A DNA stretch of 64,000 nt from an uncultured Chloroflexia bacterium (GTDB taxonomy: Bacteria; Chloroflexota; Limnocylindria; Limnocylindrales; CSP1-4). The translations under genes were made by a program, and so were the position numbers. The notes under the pieces were generated by a model. That model was not told where the DNA came from, did no database searches, and saw only the letters and a list, made by a program, of their open reading frames with translations. The stretch spans positions 32,001 through 96,000 of the forward strand of contig CAVQJC010000015.1 in NCBI GenBank assembly GCA_963712745.1, written 5' to 3'. Position 1 is the first letter of the stretch. Each line of letters opens with the position of its first letter. Shown in pieces: positions 8,784 through 17,845 of the stretch.

Positions 8784-8878
8784 GTTCGTGACTCCTTTGT
8801 CGGTGCGCGGCCTGGGGGCAAGCGCTTTCGATGCCCACCACGATGACCGGCGCGCGCGCAGTCCCGATGGACCCGACA

Positions 8879-8896
8879 TGGAGATTGTGTGGAGAT
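8879..8896 (-). promoter_or_regulatory. OmpR/BaeR-type direct-repeat box ATCTCCA-N4-ATCTCCA
   Basis: Direct repeat with 11-bp period about 100 bp upstream of the DUF2202-RR-HK unit; resembles BaeR-type boxes. Confidence 0.6.
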
Positions 8897-8908
8897 GTGC
8901 GCCCGTCC

Positions 8909-10441
8909 TCAGGCGTGCGGCCAATCCCTCACGTAGCGCAGCTGGTCCGGCATCGTCAGCGTGTGACGGCGGGCAGCGTGAACACGGCCGATGGCCGTAT
9001 CGGCATCGAGTCCGGCCTCGCGCAGCAGGCAGGCGGAGGTCATGCCTGCGCGATCGAGCCCGCCGCGACAGGCGACGGCCAGGGTCTCCCCGTCTCGCAC
9101 ACGGTCCACGAGCGCGGCCAGGACACGCCGGTAGGCCCCATCGTCCGCTGGCGTCAGCGGATCGCGGATGGGGTGCCTGATGAGCTCGACGCCGTGCGCC
9201 GGCACGACCTCCTCGACGTGCTCCACCCGGCACCGACGCAGCTCCTTGTCCTCCACCAGCAGCAGGAGCACGTCCACGCCCTGCTGGCGCAGATGGGCTG
9301 CGTCGCTGTCGAGATCGCGCCAGTGCGGGCCGCTGTAGTAGCCGAGGTAGCGCTTGCCCGGCAGGAAGGTCATGCCGGCGCGACCACCCCGGTCACCGAG
9401 GTCGGAGCCGTCGAGGTCCATGAAGTCGACCCGCAGCGGCTTGCGGAACGAGGTCCGCCAGGGCGTGCCATCCCACTCGGACGTGTCGGTCTCGATGAGC
9501 CTGTCGATGAGCGCCTGCGGGATGCGTCGATCGCGCAGACCGCGATGCCAGGCCGCAGGCACGCTTCCGATGCCGAAGTGGATCCCGGCCAGGCCGCCGG
9601 CGATGGCCGCGGTGGTGTCGGTGTCGTTGCCGTAGCCCACCGCGGAGACGACTGCGGAGCGATAGTCGGCGGCACCGGCGAACGCGTCCCAGGCCGACCA
9701 GAAGCTGTCGACGACGCGGCCGCGACCGTCGCGCCCGGTCCAGGCCTCGAAGGCATCGAGCGCGGCCACGGCCTCCGTCGGCGTCGAGGCCTCCGGCGAA
9801 CCCGGCAGGCCATGTGCAGCGAGCGAGGTCCGAACGACGCCTCGGGCCTCGACGAGGACGCCCTGGCGGTCGGGGTCGTCGACGCCCCCGAGCAGGCGCC
9901 GCGCGACGAGCACATACAGCGCGCAGGCGATCTGCGCCTCGGCGCTGCCGTGGGTGACCCGCGAAGCGCGCACGGCCATGTCGACCAGGTCCGCGTCGTC
10001 GGCATCGCGGAAGACCAGGGCCAGCGGCAGGATGCGCATGAGCGAGCCGTTGCCCCTGGCATCGGCGGCGCCGGCCCCCTCTGCCGCCGTGCCCGAGCGC
10101 AACGCGGCGAGCGCTCGCCCGGTGGCAGCGCCGACGTCGAGCACGAGTCCGCCCGCGGCATACTCACCCTCATCCGACCAGCGCAGGGCCCGGCGCCCCT
10201 GGTCGGCCAGGTCGAAGGTCGGCGTCGGCATCTCGGTGTCCGGGCCCAGCAGCGAGTCGAGCAGCGCCAGCATGAGCGCGCCATCGTCACTCCAGGTGCC
10301 CGGCGGCTGGTCCCAGGTCCCGTACCCTCGCCATTCCACCTGGTCGCGCGGGAGAGCCGGCCCGAACTCGTAGGGCACACCCAGGGCATCACCGCAGAGG
10401 TGTCCGTAGACGGCGCCTTCGAGCCGCTCGGGCAGCGGCAT
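8909..10441 (-). CDS. ADP-ribosylglycohydrolase fused to a CDKN3-like/dual-specificity phosphatase
   Basis: ARH motifs GDALGVPYEF, WSDDGAL, GNGSLMR and DTDTTAAIAGGLAG; C-terminal PIRD loop and ACRGGLDRAG (CX5R). Start could instead be 10555. Confidence 0.9.
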   Translation of the reverse strand: MPLPERLEGAVYGHLCGDALGVPYEFGPALPRDQVEWRGYGTWDQPPGTWSDDGALMLALLDSLLGPDTEMPTPTFDLADQGRRALRWSDEGEYAAGGLVLDVGAATGRALAALRSGTAAEGAGAADARGNGSLMRILPLALVFRDADDADLVDMAVRASRVTHGSAEAQIACALYVLVARRLLGGVDDPDRQGVLVEARGVVRTSLAAHGLPGSPEASTPTEAVAALDAFEAWTGRDGRGRVVDSFWSAWDAFAGAADYRSAVVSAVGYGNDTDTTAAIAGGLAGIHFGIGSVPAAWHRGLRDRRIPQALIDRLIETDTSEWDGTPWRTSFRKPLRVDFMDLDGSDLGDRGGRAGMTFLPGKRYLGYYSGPHWRDLDSDAAHLRQQGVDVLLLLVEDKELRRCRVEHVEEVVPAHGVELIRHPIRDPLTPADDGAYRRVLAALVDRVRDGETLAVACRGGLDRAGMTSACLLREAGLDADTAIGRVHAARRHTLTMPDQLRYVRDWPHA

Positions 10442-10604
10442 GTGGTCTCCCCTCCCTCGCGAACGCCAGGCCTGGCGAACGGCACGGAGCCAGGGCGTGC
10501 GTCGCAGCCGCGACCAGAAGATGGCGCCGTCGGAGGGGCGTTCCGAATCGCTCACCTGATCAGCAGGCCCGCGGACAGGGAAGCCCGGCGCCCGGGAAGA
10601 TCAG

Positions 10605-11081
10605 CTAAAGCTCGCTGGGCACCTGACGCAGGACCCGGCAGGCGGCCCCGAAGAACCTGTGGAAGCCATCCTGCGTCTGGCCGTACCAGAGCGGGCAGCT
10701 CACCAGCGCCGTGATGCCGTTCTCGCGGCAGTAGTCATGGGCCTCTGTGGAGTAGCTACCGGAGCCGAAGTTCTTGTGGAACCAGACCTTGTCGACACCG
10801 GCTTCCTTGCACTCCTGCGCGACCGACAGCGACACCTTGGGGTTGGTGGCGATGACGACGGCATCGACGCCATCGGGGATGTCCTTGATGCTGTGGTAGC
10901 AGGTATCGCCCATCACGGTATCGGCATTGGGGTTGACGGGGAAGACCTCGTAGCCGCGCTCCTTGAAACGCGAGTAGATGCCGTTGCTCGCATGCGAGCC
11001 GCCCGCGTTACGCGAAACACCCGCCACGGCGATGCGCTTGCTTGACAGGAATTCGTCGATGGCCTGGTCGACAGTCGGCAT
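10605..11081 (-). CDS. CoA-binding protein (YccU-like)
   Basis: KRIAVAGVSR, GYEVFPVNP, CYHSIKDIPDGVDAVVI, GVDKVWF. Confidence 0.9.
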   Translation of the reverse strand: MPTVDQAIDEFLSSKRIAVAGVSRNAGGSHASNGIYSRFKERGYEVFPVNPNADTVMGDTCYHSIKDIPDGVDAVVIATNPKVSLSVAQECKEAGVDKVWFHKNFGSGSYSTEAHDYCRENGITALVSCPLWYGQTQDGFHRFFGAACRVLRQVPSEL

Positions 11082-11292
11082 GGTTCCCTCCTGGGCATGG
11101 CAACAGAGATGGTTCCAGGCATCCGTGGGGGACGCGGACAAGCCCGGGTCGAGCATCGACCGGCCAGTCCAGCCGTGACAGTGCCGTTCTGCCCGCATCG
11201 GACATGCCGATGGCCGAATGACCACGGTTCGCCCGGGTCGCTATGGTCAGCCACAGCCGCCGGCCCTGCCCGGTGAGAGGAGGAGGAGCCCA

Positions 11293-11754
11293 GTGCGCAC
11301 GCTGCTCAAGCTGCTGGCTTTCATCATCGGGAGCGCCGTCGTCGCGCGCCTGGGCGCCTTTGTCGTCGCGCGTCAGCTCGATGTGGGCACCGAGGTCAGC
11401 GACGAGTTGCGGCGTGTCGTCGTCTTCGATGGACTTGACTTCACAAGCCGGGCCCGCGGCCTGCGCCGCGCCGAAGTGAGCGTTTTCCTCGGCGGTGCCA
11501 AGGTGGACCTCCGCCACGCGGTCATCGACCCCGCCGGCGCGCGGGTCAGGGTACAGAACACGCTCGGCGGGCTCGTGGTCACCGTTCGCGACGACTGGGC
11601 CGTCACCGTCCACGAGGCGCTCGTGGGCGGAGGCGACCTTGAGGTCAAGGTGACCCCGCCCCAGGACCTGCCCGAGGATGCCCCCAGGCTCGAGATCGAT
11701 GTCATGACCCGCCTCGGCGGCACTGTCATCACGACGGAGAACGTCGACCTCTAG
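11293..11754 (+). CDS. LiaF/DUF1707-like beta-strand envelope-stress protein
   Basis: N-terminal TM segment; VFLGGAKVDLRHA and repeated xLGGxxV motifs; strong RBS. Confidence 0.6.
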   Translation: MRTLLKLLAFIIGSAVVARLGAFVVARQLDVGTEVSDELRRVVVFDGLDFTSRARGLRRAEVSVFLGGAKVDLRHAVIDPAGARVRVQNTLGGLVVTVRDDWAVTVHEALVGGGDLEVKVTPPQDLPEDAPRLEIDVMTRLGGTVITTENVDL

Positions 11755-12626
11755 CCGGCCGGGGCCAGGCTCACCCCCACCGGCTCAAGGCCGAGCTCGC
11801 GGGCGAAGGCCTCGGCCATGACCCTCGCTCCAAGGACGTTGGCGTGTCGGTCCGGGCCCAGCGGCGGCTCGTGGCAGAGCCAGGTCCGCTCGCACAGGAG
11901 AGCCAGGTTGCGGGGCACCAGCCCGTGCCCGGCCAGGGGCACGAGCGTGTCCCAGTCGCTGATGTCGAAGGCGGCCTCGACGTCAGCTACCCCCATGCCT
12001 GCCCGCTCAAAGACCCCTTCGAGCGCGGCGTTGACAAGCTGCACGGCCACGACCGACTGGCCCGACAGGCCTCGGGTTTCCTCATCGAACCACAAGACCA
12101 GCAACGGGTCGTAGACGTTCATGCCCACGATGGGCACACCCGGGGCCGCGGCCTGGAGCTCCTCAAGGATGGCGGGGAGGCGCTCCTGGACGCCGGCGAT
12201 GCCCGGCAGCAGACACTCCATCGAATCGCACTCGAAGTCCTTGAAGCCGATATCGATGGTGATGAAGGCGAGTTCTTTCCGGTGATCGTCGATGAACGCG
12301 AGCGCCTCGTCGAGCTGGCTGCCGCGGGGATATGAGCAGCGCTCGTAGTCGACGCGGATGGACTCGGTGGTGGTGCCCGGGCAGGCCAGGTTCATCAGCT
12401 GCAGGTTCGGGTAGGACCCGCGGGCCATCAGCCAGAGCTGGTCGGCGTAGCCCGCTCGGGTCTTGTGGTCGTGGTCGGGGTCCCCGACCGGCTGGTAGCC
12501 GGCGGCGAGGGAGTCGCCCAGGGCCAGGTACCAGCTTTGGCCCTCGACGTCGCCGGGCTCGGGATCGGCGGCCGTCGCGGGCGCGGCCAGGATGACCAGC
12601 AGCAGAGCTGCCAACAGGACTCGCAT
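11751..12626 (-). CDS. Secreted SGNH/GDSL hydrolase
   Basis: Signal peptide; YLALGDSLAAG, NLACPG, C-terminal DRHAN. Confidence 0.88.
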   Translation of the reverse strand: MRVLLAALLLVILAAPATAADPEPGDVEGQSWYLALGDSLAAGYQPVGDPDHDHKTRAGYADQLWLMARGSYPNLQLMNLACPGTTTESIRVDYERCSYPRGSQLDEALAFIDDHRKELAFITIDIGFKDFECDSMECLLPGIAGVQERLPAILEELQAAAPGVPIVGMNVYDPLLVLWFDEETRGLSGQSVVAVQLVNAALEGVFERAGMGVADVEAAFDISDWDTLVPLAGHGLVPRNLALLCERTWLCHEPPLGPDRHANVLGARVMAEAFARELGLEPVGVSLAPAG

Positions 12627-12727
12627 CTCGCACCTCCACGAAGGACGTTGAGCGCGGGCACAGGCCCCGGCAAGTGCCATCCGACCCGGCTGGTCGAGGG
12701 CAGAGCCAGCGGCAACCACGCGTCCAA

Positions 12728-12865
12728 CGCACATCTCGCGTCGGCGCACATCTCGCGTCGGCGCACATCTCGCGTCGGCGCACATCTCGCGTCGGCGCGC
12801 ATCTCGCGTCGGCGCGCATCTCGCGTCGGCGCGCATCTCGCGTCGGCGCGCATCTCGCGTCGGCG
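12728..12865. repeat. 17-bp tandem repeat CGC(A/G)CATCTCGCGTCGG, 8 copies
   Basis: Four A-variant copies followed by four G-variant copies. Confidence 0.95.
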
Positions 12866-12869
12866 AGAC

Positions 12870-12899
12870 GGAACTCACACGCCGCTTGCGGCGCACGTA
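12870..12899 (+). promoter_or_regulatory. Putative ECF promoter GGAACT-N16-CGCACGTA
   Basis: Same -35 and -10 elements and spacing as the motif upstream of the ECF sigma gene (13849-13878). Confidence 0.7.
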
Positions 12900-13039
12900 G
12901 TCGATAGAGGCGCCGACACCCATCGACGCCACGAACCATCGGGGCGACGCGTGGTGCATCGCGCGGAGCCCCGGACCCACGGTGTCGCCGGCCGACGTCA
13001 GCGGCGAGCACGTGGACCACGACAAGAAGGAGTCGCTCC

Positions 13040-13831
13040 ATGTCGTCCACCATCCACGCGATCGCCCGGCGCGCCCTGGTCCTCGCCGGCTCGGCCGCTC
13101 TCATCCTGTCCACGGTCCCCGCGGCCGGGGCCGCCTCGCTCGACGAGCTCATGGAACTCAGTCGGCGAGCGTGGGCGGGCGAGACCGAGCTGCTGGCCCA
13201 GGTCTACGCCCCGGACGCCGTGCACACGACCACCTTCTATGACCGCACCACCGAGTACGTCGGGCCGGAGCGGATGCCCGTGATGCCGGGGCACAGCTCA
13301 CTCAGAGCCGTCGCACCCCGCGTCGACATCCCCGCCCCCGAGGGCGAGTACCGCTGGGCCGAATTCATCAGCCTCGGTGGCGGCAGTGCCTGCCTGTGGC
13401 GGGCGGTCGACGGCCTCGTCACCCGACAGGACTGCCTGGTCCCCGAACGGTCGAACGAGGCCCGAGCGGGGGCCGGCCTGGCCGATGCCGAGACCTCGGC
13501 AGCCATCGACGCCCTGGTCGAGCGGCTGGACGGGACATGGGGTCCCGACAACACGGTCGAGAAGATGGCGGCGGTCTACGCGCCCGATGCGGTGCATTCG
13601 GCCCGCTTCCCGAACGTGACGCGGCAGTACGTCGGCCCCGAGGAGATCATCTCCGTCTCGCGCGCGGGCATCCCCATCGAACGGATCGGGCCGCGCATCG
13701 ACTTCGAGGCGCCGGAGGGTGAGCTCGCCTGGGCCCAGGTCAACAGCCTGGCCGGTGGCTCGCTCTGTCTCTTCCACGCCGTGGACGACATGATCACCCG
13801 GCATGACTGCGTCGTGCCCGTCAAGGGCTAG
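13040..13831 (+). CDS. Secreted protein with two tandem SnoaL/NTF2-like repeats
   Basis: Signal peptide (ARRALV...AAGA); two ~110-aa repeats with VYAPDAVH...YVGPE...GGSxCL...TRxDCxVP; RBS AAGGAG. The fold is inferred. Confidence 0.75.
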   Translation: MSSTIHAIARRALVLAGSAALILSTVPAAGAASLDELMELSRRAWAGETELLAQVYAPDAVHTTTFYDRTTEYVGPERMPVMPGHSSLRAVAPRVDIPAPEGEYRWAEFISLGGGSACLWRAVDGLVTRQDCLVPERSNEARAGAGLADAETSAAIDALVERLDGTWGPDNTVEKMAAVYAPDAVHSARFPNVTRQYVGPEEIISVSRAGIPIERIGPRIDFEAPEGELAWAQVNSLAGGSLCLFHAVDDMITRHDCVVPVKG

Positions 13832-13879
13832 GAGCCCTGGCCGATTTCGGAACCTTCCCGCGATGGACGGCGCACGTAC
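13108..13879 (+). repeat. 772-bp direct repeat, copy 1
   Basis: Identical to 14852-15623 (offset 1744); ORF translations match in several frames. Confidence 0.95.
13849..13878 (+). promoter_or_regulatory. Putative ECF promoter GGAACC-N16-CGCACGTA (duplicated at 15593-15622)
   Basis: Canonical GGAAC -35 directly upstream of the ECF sigma gene. Confidence 0.75.
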
Positions 13880-13926
13880 GATTCAGGGACGGTGCGACTC
13901 GCGCCGTCCGTCGCACGGGGGAGCGC

Positions 13927-14520
13927 GTGGACGAAGGGCTGGTGGTCCGGGCCCAAGGGGGCGATCGAGACGCCTTCGAGCAGATCGTGAACGTCTCGTT
14001 CGACCGCTGCCACGGCGTGGCCATGCGCCTCCTGCGCGACTCGCGACTGGCGGAGGACGCGGTGCAGCAGGCCATGGTCAACATCTGGCGCGACCTGCCC
14101 CGTCTGCGCGACCCGGCCCGCTATGACGCCTGGTCCTACAAGCTTCTGGTGCGCGCCTGCTATGCCGAATACAAGCGGGCACCCAGGTGGATGCCCGCCA
14201 TCGAGGAAGGGTCGCCCACCGAACCGCGCGCCAGGGATGACTTCGGTGCGGTCGTGGACCGTGACCAGCTGGAGCGTGGGTTCCGGCGGCTCTCCATGGA
14301 CCACCGCTCGGTGGTGGTCCTCCATCACTACCTCGACCTGCCGCTCGATGAGGTCGGGCGAGTGCTGGACGTGCCGGTCGGTACCGTGAAGTCCCGCCTC
14401 CATCGCGCCCTGGCCGAGATGCGCACCGCGCTCGAGGCCGACTCACGGCCAGTCGAACCGGAGACGACGATGGCCGGTGCCTACGACGTACCGACTCCCG
14501 GGGAGGAGGTCGCCCGATGA
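13927..14520 (+). CDS. ECF RNA polymerase sigma factor
   Basis: LVVRAQGGDRDAF, AEDAVQQ, LPRLRDP; region 4 VPVGTVKSRLHRA. Confidence 0.95.
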   Translation: MDEGLVVRAQGGDRDAFEQIVNVSFDRCHGVAMRLLRDSRLAEDAVQQAMVNIWRDLPRLRDPARYDAWSYKLLVRACYAEYKRAPRWMPAIEEGSPTEPRARDDFGAVVDRDQLERGFRRLSMDHRSVVVLHHYLDLPLDEVGRVLDVPVGTVKSRLHRALAEMRTALEADSRPVEPETTMAGAYDVPTPGEEVAR

Positions 14521-15575
14521 CCGCGCCGATCCGGGAGGACCGTGACATGGAGACCATCGTCCACAGTTGGCTGCACGATGCCGACGAGCCGACGGCCGAC
14601 CGCAACCGCCAGATCGGTCGCATCATCGGCCGCGTCGACGAGACCAGGCAGCGCCGCCGGCGGTGGCCAACGAACCCTTTCGCGCGTCGCGCGGTGCACA
14701 GCGCGGCAGGCGCTGAGAGGAGGGCCGGACAGCCACGTCGCACCGCCTCTGTGCGGGCCACGTCCGGTCTGCTGGCCACGGTCTCCGTGATGGTGCTGGT
14801 AGCCACAGCGCTCGTCCTGGTGTCGGTGCGCCCGGCCCCGATACCCCCGGCGTCCACGGTCCCCGCGGCCGGGGCCGCCTCGCTCGACGAGCTCATGGAA
14901 CTCAGTCGGCGAGCGTGGGCGGGCGAGACCGAGCTGCTGGCCCAGGTCTACGCCCCGGACGCCGTGCACACGACCACCTTCTATGACCGCACCACCGAGT
15001 ACGTCGGGCCGGAGCGGATGCCCGTGATGCCGGGGCACAGCTCACTCAGAGCCGTCGCACCCCGCGTCGACATCCCCGCCCCCGAGGGCGAGTACCGCTG
15101 GGCCGAATTCATCAGCCTCGGTGGCGGCAGTGCCTGCCTGTGGCGGGCGGTCGACGGCCTCGTCACCCGACAGGACTGCCTGGTCCCCGAACGGTCGAAC
15201 GAGGCCCGAGCGGGGGCCGGCCTGGCCGATGCCGAGACCTCGGCAGCCATCGACGCCCTGGTCGAGCGGCTGGACGGGACATGGGGTCCCGACAACACGG
15301 TCGAGAAGATGGCGGCGGTCTACGCGCCCGATGCGGTGCATTCGGCCCGCTTCCCGAACGTGACGCGGCAGTACGTCGGCCCCGAGGAGATCATCTCCGT
15401 CTCGCGCGCGGGCATCCCCATCGAACGGATCGGGCCGCGCATCGACTTCGAGGCGCCGGAGGGTGAGCTCGCCTGGGCCCAGGTCAACAGCCTGGCCGGT
15501 GGCTCGCTCTGTCTCTTCCACGCCGTGGACGACATGATCACCCGGCATGACTGCGTCGTGCCCGTCAAGGGCTAG
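14517..15575 (+). CDS. Putative anti-sigma factor (cytoplasmic N-domain, one TM, extracellular region identical to the 13040 protein)
   Basis: ATGA overlap with the sigma gene; N-terminal SWL...V.ETRQRR motif shared with the 31788 protein; TM LLATVSVMVLVATALVLV. Confidence 0.8.
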   Translation: MTAPIREDRDMETIVHSWLHDADEPTADRNRQIGRIIGRVDETRQRRRRWPTNPFARRAVHSAAGAERRAGQPRRTASVRATSGLLATVSVMVLVATALVLVSVRPAPIPPASTVPAAGAASLDELMELSRRAWAGETELLAQVYAPDAVHTTTFYDRTTEYVGPERMPVMPGHSSLRAVAPRVDIPAPEGEYRWAEFISLGGGSACLWRAVDGLVTRQDCLVPERSNEARAGAGLADAETSAAIDALVERLDGTWGPDNTVEKMAAVYAPDAVHSARFPNVTRQYVGPEEIISVSRAGIPIERIGPRIDFEAPEGELAWAQVNSLAGGSLCLFHAVDDMITRHDCVVPVKG

Positions 15576-15623
15576 GAGCCCTGGCCGATTTCGGAACCTT
15601 CCCGCGATGGACGGCGCACGTAC
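14852..15623 (+). repeat. 772-bp direct repeat, copy 2
   Basis: Identical to 13108-13879. Confidence 0.95.
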
Positions 15624-15769
15624 ACCCATGGCGCTTCGTTCGGGTCGACCGAGGCGCAGCACACAGCGCGCCCTGGCGACCTGGGTCAGATCGGCGTCCA
15701 GGCTCGACTGGGGCCGTCCACCCAGGGTTTCTTTTCCCCCTTACCCTTCCGCCCCGGTCGGGCCTAGCC

Positions 15770-16552
15770 CTATTCTTCGGAGGCCTCGCCCTCGCCTGTC
15801 TCAGCCGTATCTTCGTCGGCCGTATCTTCGTCGGCCATGTCGGTTTGGCGGGTGAAGTAGAGCTGCCACTCGAGATCGCCCTCGTTCTCCACGGAGACGA
15901 CGATGGGTGCGGTCGGCATTGTCACGTCGTACGAGGTGAAGTCCAAGGGCAGGGCGCCCACGACCACGACCGTGTCGCCCACACGCTGACCGTCGAGGTC
16001 GAGCGTGACGTCCTGGCTCACGTCGCGGATGGTGAGGCTGCCGGGGAGCGAGGCACTGAAGGGTTCCTCGCCCGGCACAGCGCCCAAGTCGACCGCTTCG
16101 GTCGAGGTGAAGGTGGCGGTGGGAAAGTCGCCCGTGCCGAGCGCACGCTGGATGGCCGGATCTCGCCGGGAGCGGTCGCTGGTGATGGCCGTCAGGTCGG
16201 CCTCGATGACGGCGCTCTCGATGACGGTGCCCGAGACCTCGAGCTGGCCGCTGACCGCCGGCGTACGACCGACCGCCTCGACCTCACCGCCGGGGCTCAG
16301 GACCTCGTTGACGCGGAAGCCGACCCACGAGCTGGTGAAGTCGTCGAAGCTGCCGATGGACGCATCGAGGACCCAGGTGCCATCGATACCCTCGTCCGCC
16401 GCCTCCGCGTCCTGGGCGTAGGTCGTTCCGGAGACGCCCACGAGCAGCGCGGCACCGAGGGAAAAGGCGGCAGCGGGAAGAAGGAGTCGGTGCAGTGGCG
16501 ACACCACGGGGCGGACTCGGGCTTCGGCAGTTCGGACTCGGACCATGCTCAC
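15770..16552 (-). CDS. YceI family protein (secreted)
   Basis: GTWVLD, VGFRVNE, SDRSRRD, FPTATF, GSLTIRDVSQ. Confidence 0.9.
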   Translation of the reverse strand: MSMVRVRTAEARVRPVVSPLHRLLLPAAAFSLGAALLVGVSGTTYAQDAEAADEGIDGTWVLDASIGSFDDFTSSWVGFRVNEVLSPGGEVEAVGRTPAVSGQLEVSGTVIESAVIEADLTAITSDRSRRDPAIQRALGTGDFPTATFTSTEAVDLGAVPGEEPFSASLPGSLTIRDVSQDVTLDLDGQRVGDTVVVVGALPLDFTSYDVTMPTAPIVVSVENEGDLEWQLYFTRQTDMADEDTADEDTAETGEGEASEE

Positions 16553-16693
16553 GTTCGGATCTCCTGTCAGGGGCGGTGGAGAGGCGGAGGATAGCGGCCA
16601 TCTGTGACGATGGCATCAACGCGGTGTAAGCAGGGCTGCTGCTGGTCGGTCGCCGCGCTCGACCCAACGACCCCGCGCTGCCAGACAGGCTGA

Positions 16694-17767
16694 TCAGCCC
16701 TCGCCCTGGGAGGGCAGCGGAGGCGGGACGCGCTCCAGCAGGTCGGACGACCATGGCGCAGGTGGCGGACTGATGAGACGGGCCATGCCGATGACGTGGG
16801 GCTCATAGGCCTTGCGCATCTTCACGAACTCCCGCCACGCTTCCTCGATATCGTCAACGACGGGGATGCCATCCGCCACCAGCCGCTCCACTTCGGTGTC
16901 GAAGTCCTCCCGCGTGAGAAGCGTGTAGCGCCCATCCCCACCGCTCGGCGCGACGTAGAAGAAGTGCCCGATCTCGGCAAGGGCCTCCAGGCCGGCCCGG
17001 TAGGTCATCTCTGCCCGCACCGAGAATGGTGCAGCCACAAGCGTGTTGCGGAGCACGGCTGCGTCGAGGATGGCCGTGGCCCCGGTCAGCCACGAGCGGT
17101 TGGCGCGAGGCGAGCGGAAGAAGTTGAGCGATGGTTCGGAGGTGTGAGTCTCGCCCAGCGTGATGAGCCAATGGCCCCATTCGACCCACATGTCATCGAG
17201 GCGCGTGGTATCGGCGATGCGCGTGAGATGGAGGACCAGGTCGGGGCCGTGCGCGACGCCGCCGCTCTTGATGCTGACGTCGGCGACGGTCACCTCACGA
17301 GTCGAGAAGAGGCCGTAGATCATGGGCAGGTACGAGATCAGCAGGGCCACCACGCCCAACCCCAGGATCGCAGCCAGGATGGCCAGTAGCGCGTGGACCC
17401 ATCCGAGCGGCGGCGCGAAGCCGAGGGTGGTGAACGATGAGCCCGCCAGCACGAACGATTCCCTGGCATCCAGGTCTCCGCTGGCCAGGAAGAGGAAGGT
17501 GAAGCCGCAGATGATGCCCGTGGCCCACGCGAGCGCCATGGCAAAGAGGCCCAGCGGCGCGTGCACGCTGAGCACGGTCTCGCGATCGAGGTGGGGCGTG
17601 TGCCTGGACAGCCAGAGCAGCAGTGATCGCAGGCCCAGGAAGATGGAGCGCGTCAGCGGGTCGAACGAGGCGCGCGGCAGGATGACGGTGCGGAAGGCCG
17701 AACCAAGCGAAACGACGATGAGCAGTACGCCGAGGAAGACTTCCGCGATCGCTACGACCAGGTCCAC
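16694..17767 (-). CDS. Membrane protein with a potassium-channel-like pore domain
   Basis: TM helices, SSFTTLGF pore-like motif, ALLISYLP...FSTRE. Confidence 0.7.
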   Translation of the reverse strand: MDLVVAIAEVFLGVLLIVVSLGSAFRTVILPRASFDPLTRSIFLGLRSLLLWLSRHTPHLDRETVLSVHAPLGLFAMALAWATGIICGFTFLFLASGDLDARESFVLAGSSFTTLGFAPPLGWVHALLAILAAILGLGVVALLISYLPMIYGLFSTREVTVADVSIKSGGVAHGPDLVLHLTRIADTTRLDDMWVEWGHWLITLGETHTSEPSLNFFRSPRANRSWLTGATAILDAAVLRNTLVAAPFSVRAEMTYRAGLEALAEIGHFFYVAPSGGDGRYTLLTREDFDTEVERLVADGIPVVDDIEEAWREFVKMRKAYEPHVIGMARLISPPPAPWSSDLLERVPPPLPSQGEG

Positions 17768-17845
17768 CGGGAGAAGCCTGCCACGTTCAGCGCGAGCGCG
17801 GAAGGCGATACCGTAGGGTCATCGACACCCACAGGAGGCCCGCCG

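Noticed and set aside
12627-13025. N-terminal extension of the SGNH hydrolase ORF with DARRREM repeats
   Set aside because: It is read-through of the 17-bp VNTR; the real start at 12626 has an RBS (GGAGG) and a signal peptide.
13108-15623. Insertion sequence, composite transposon or DGR template/variable repeat
   Set aside because: No transposase or reverse transcriptase, no terminal inverted repeats, and no adenine-specific differences; the copies look identical.
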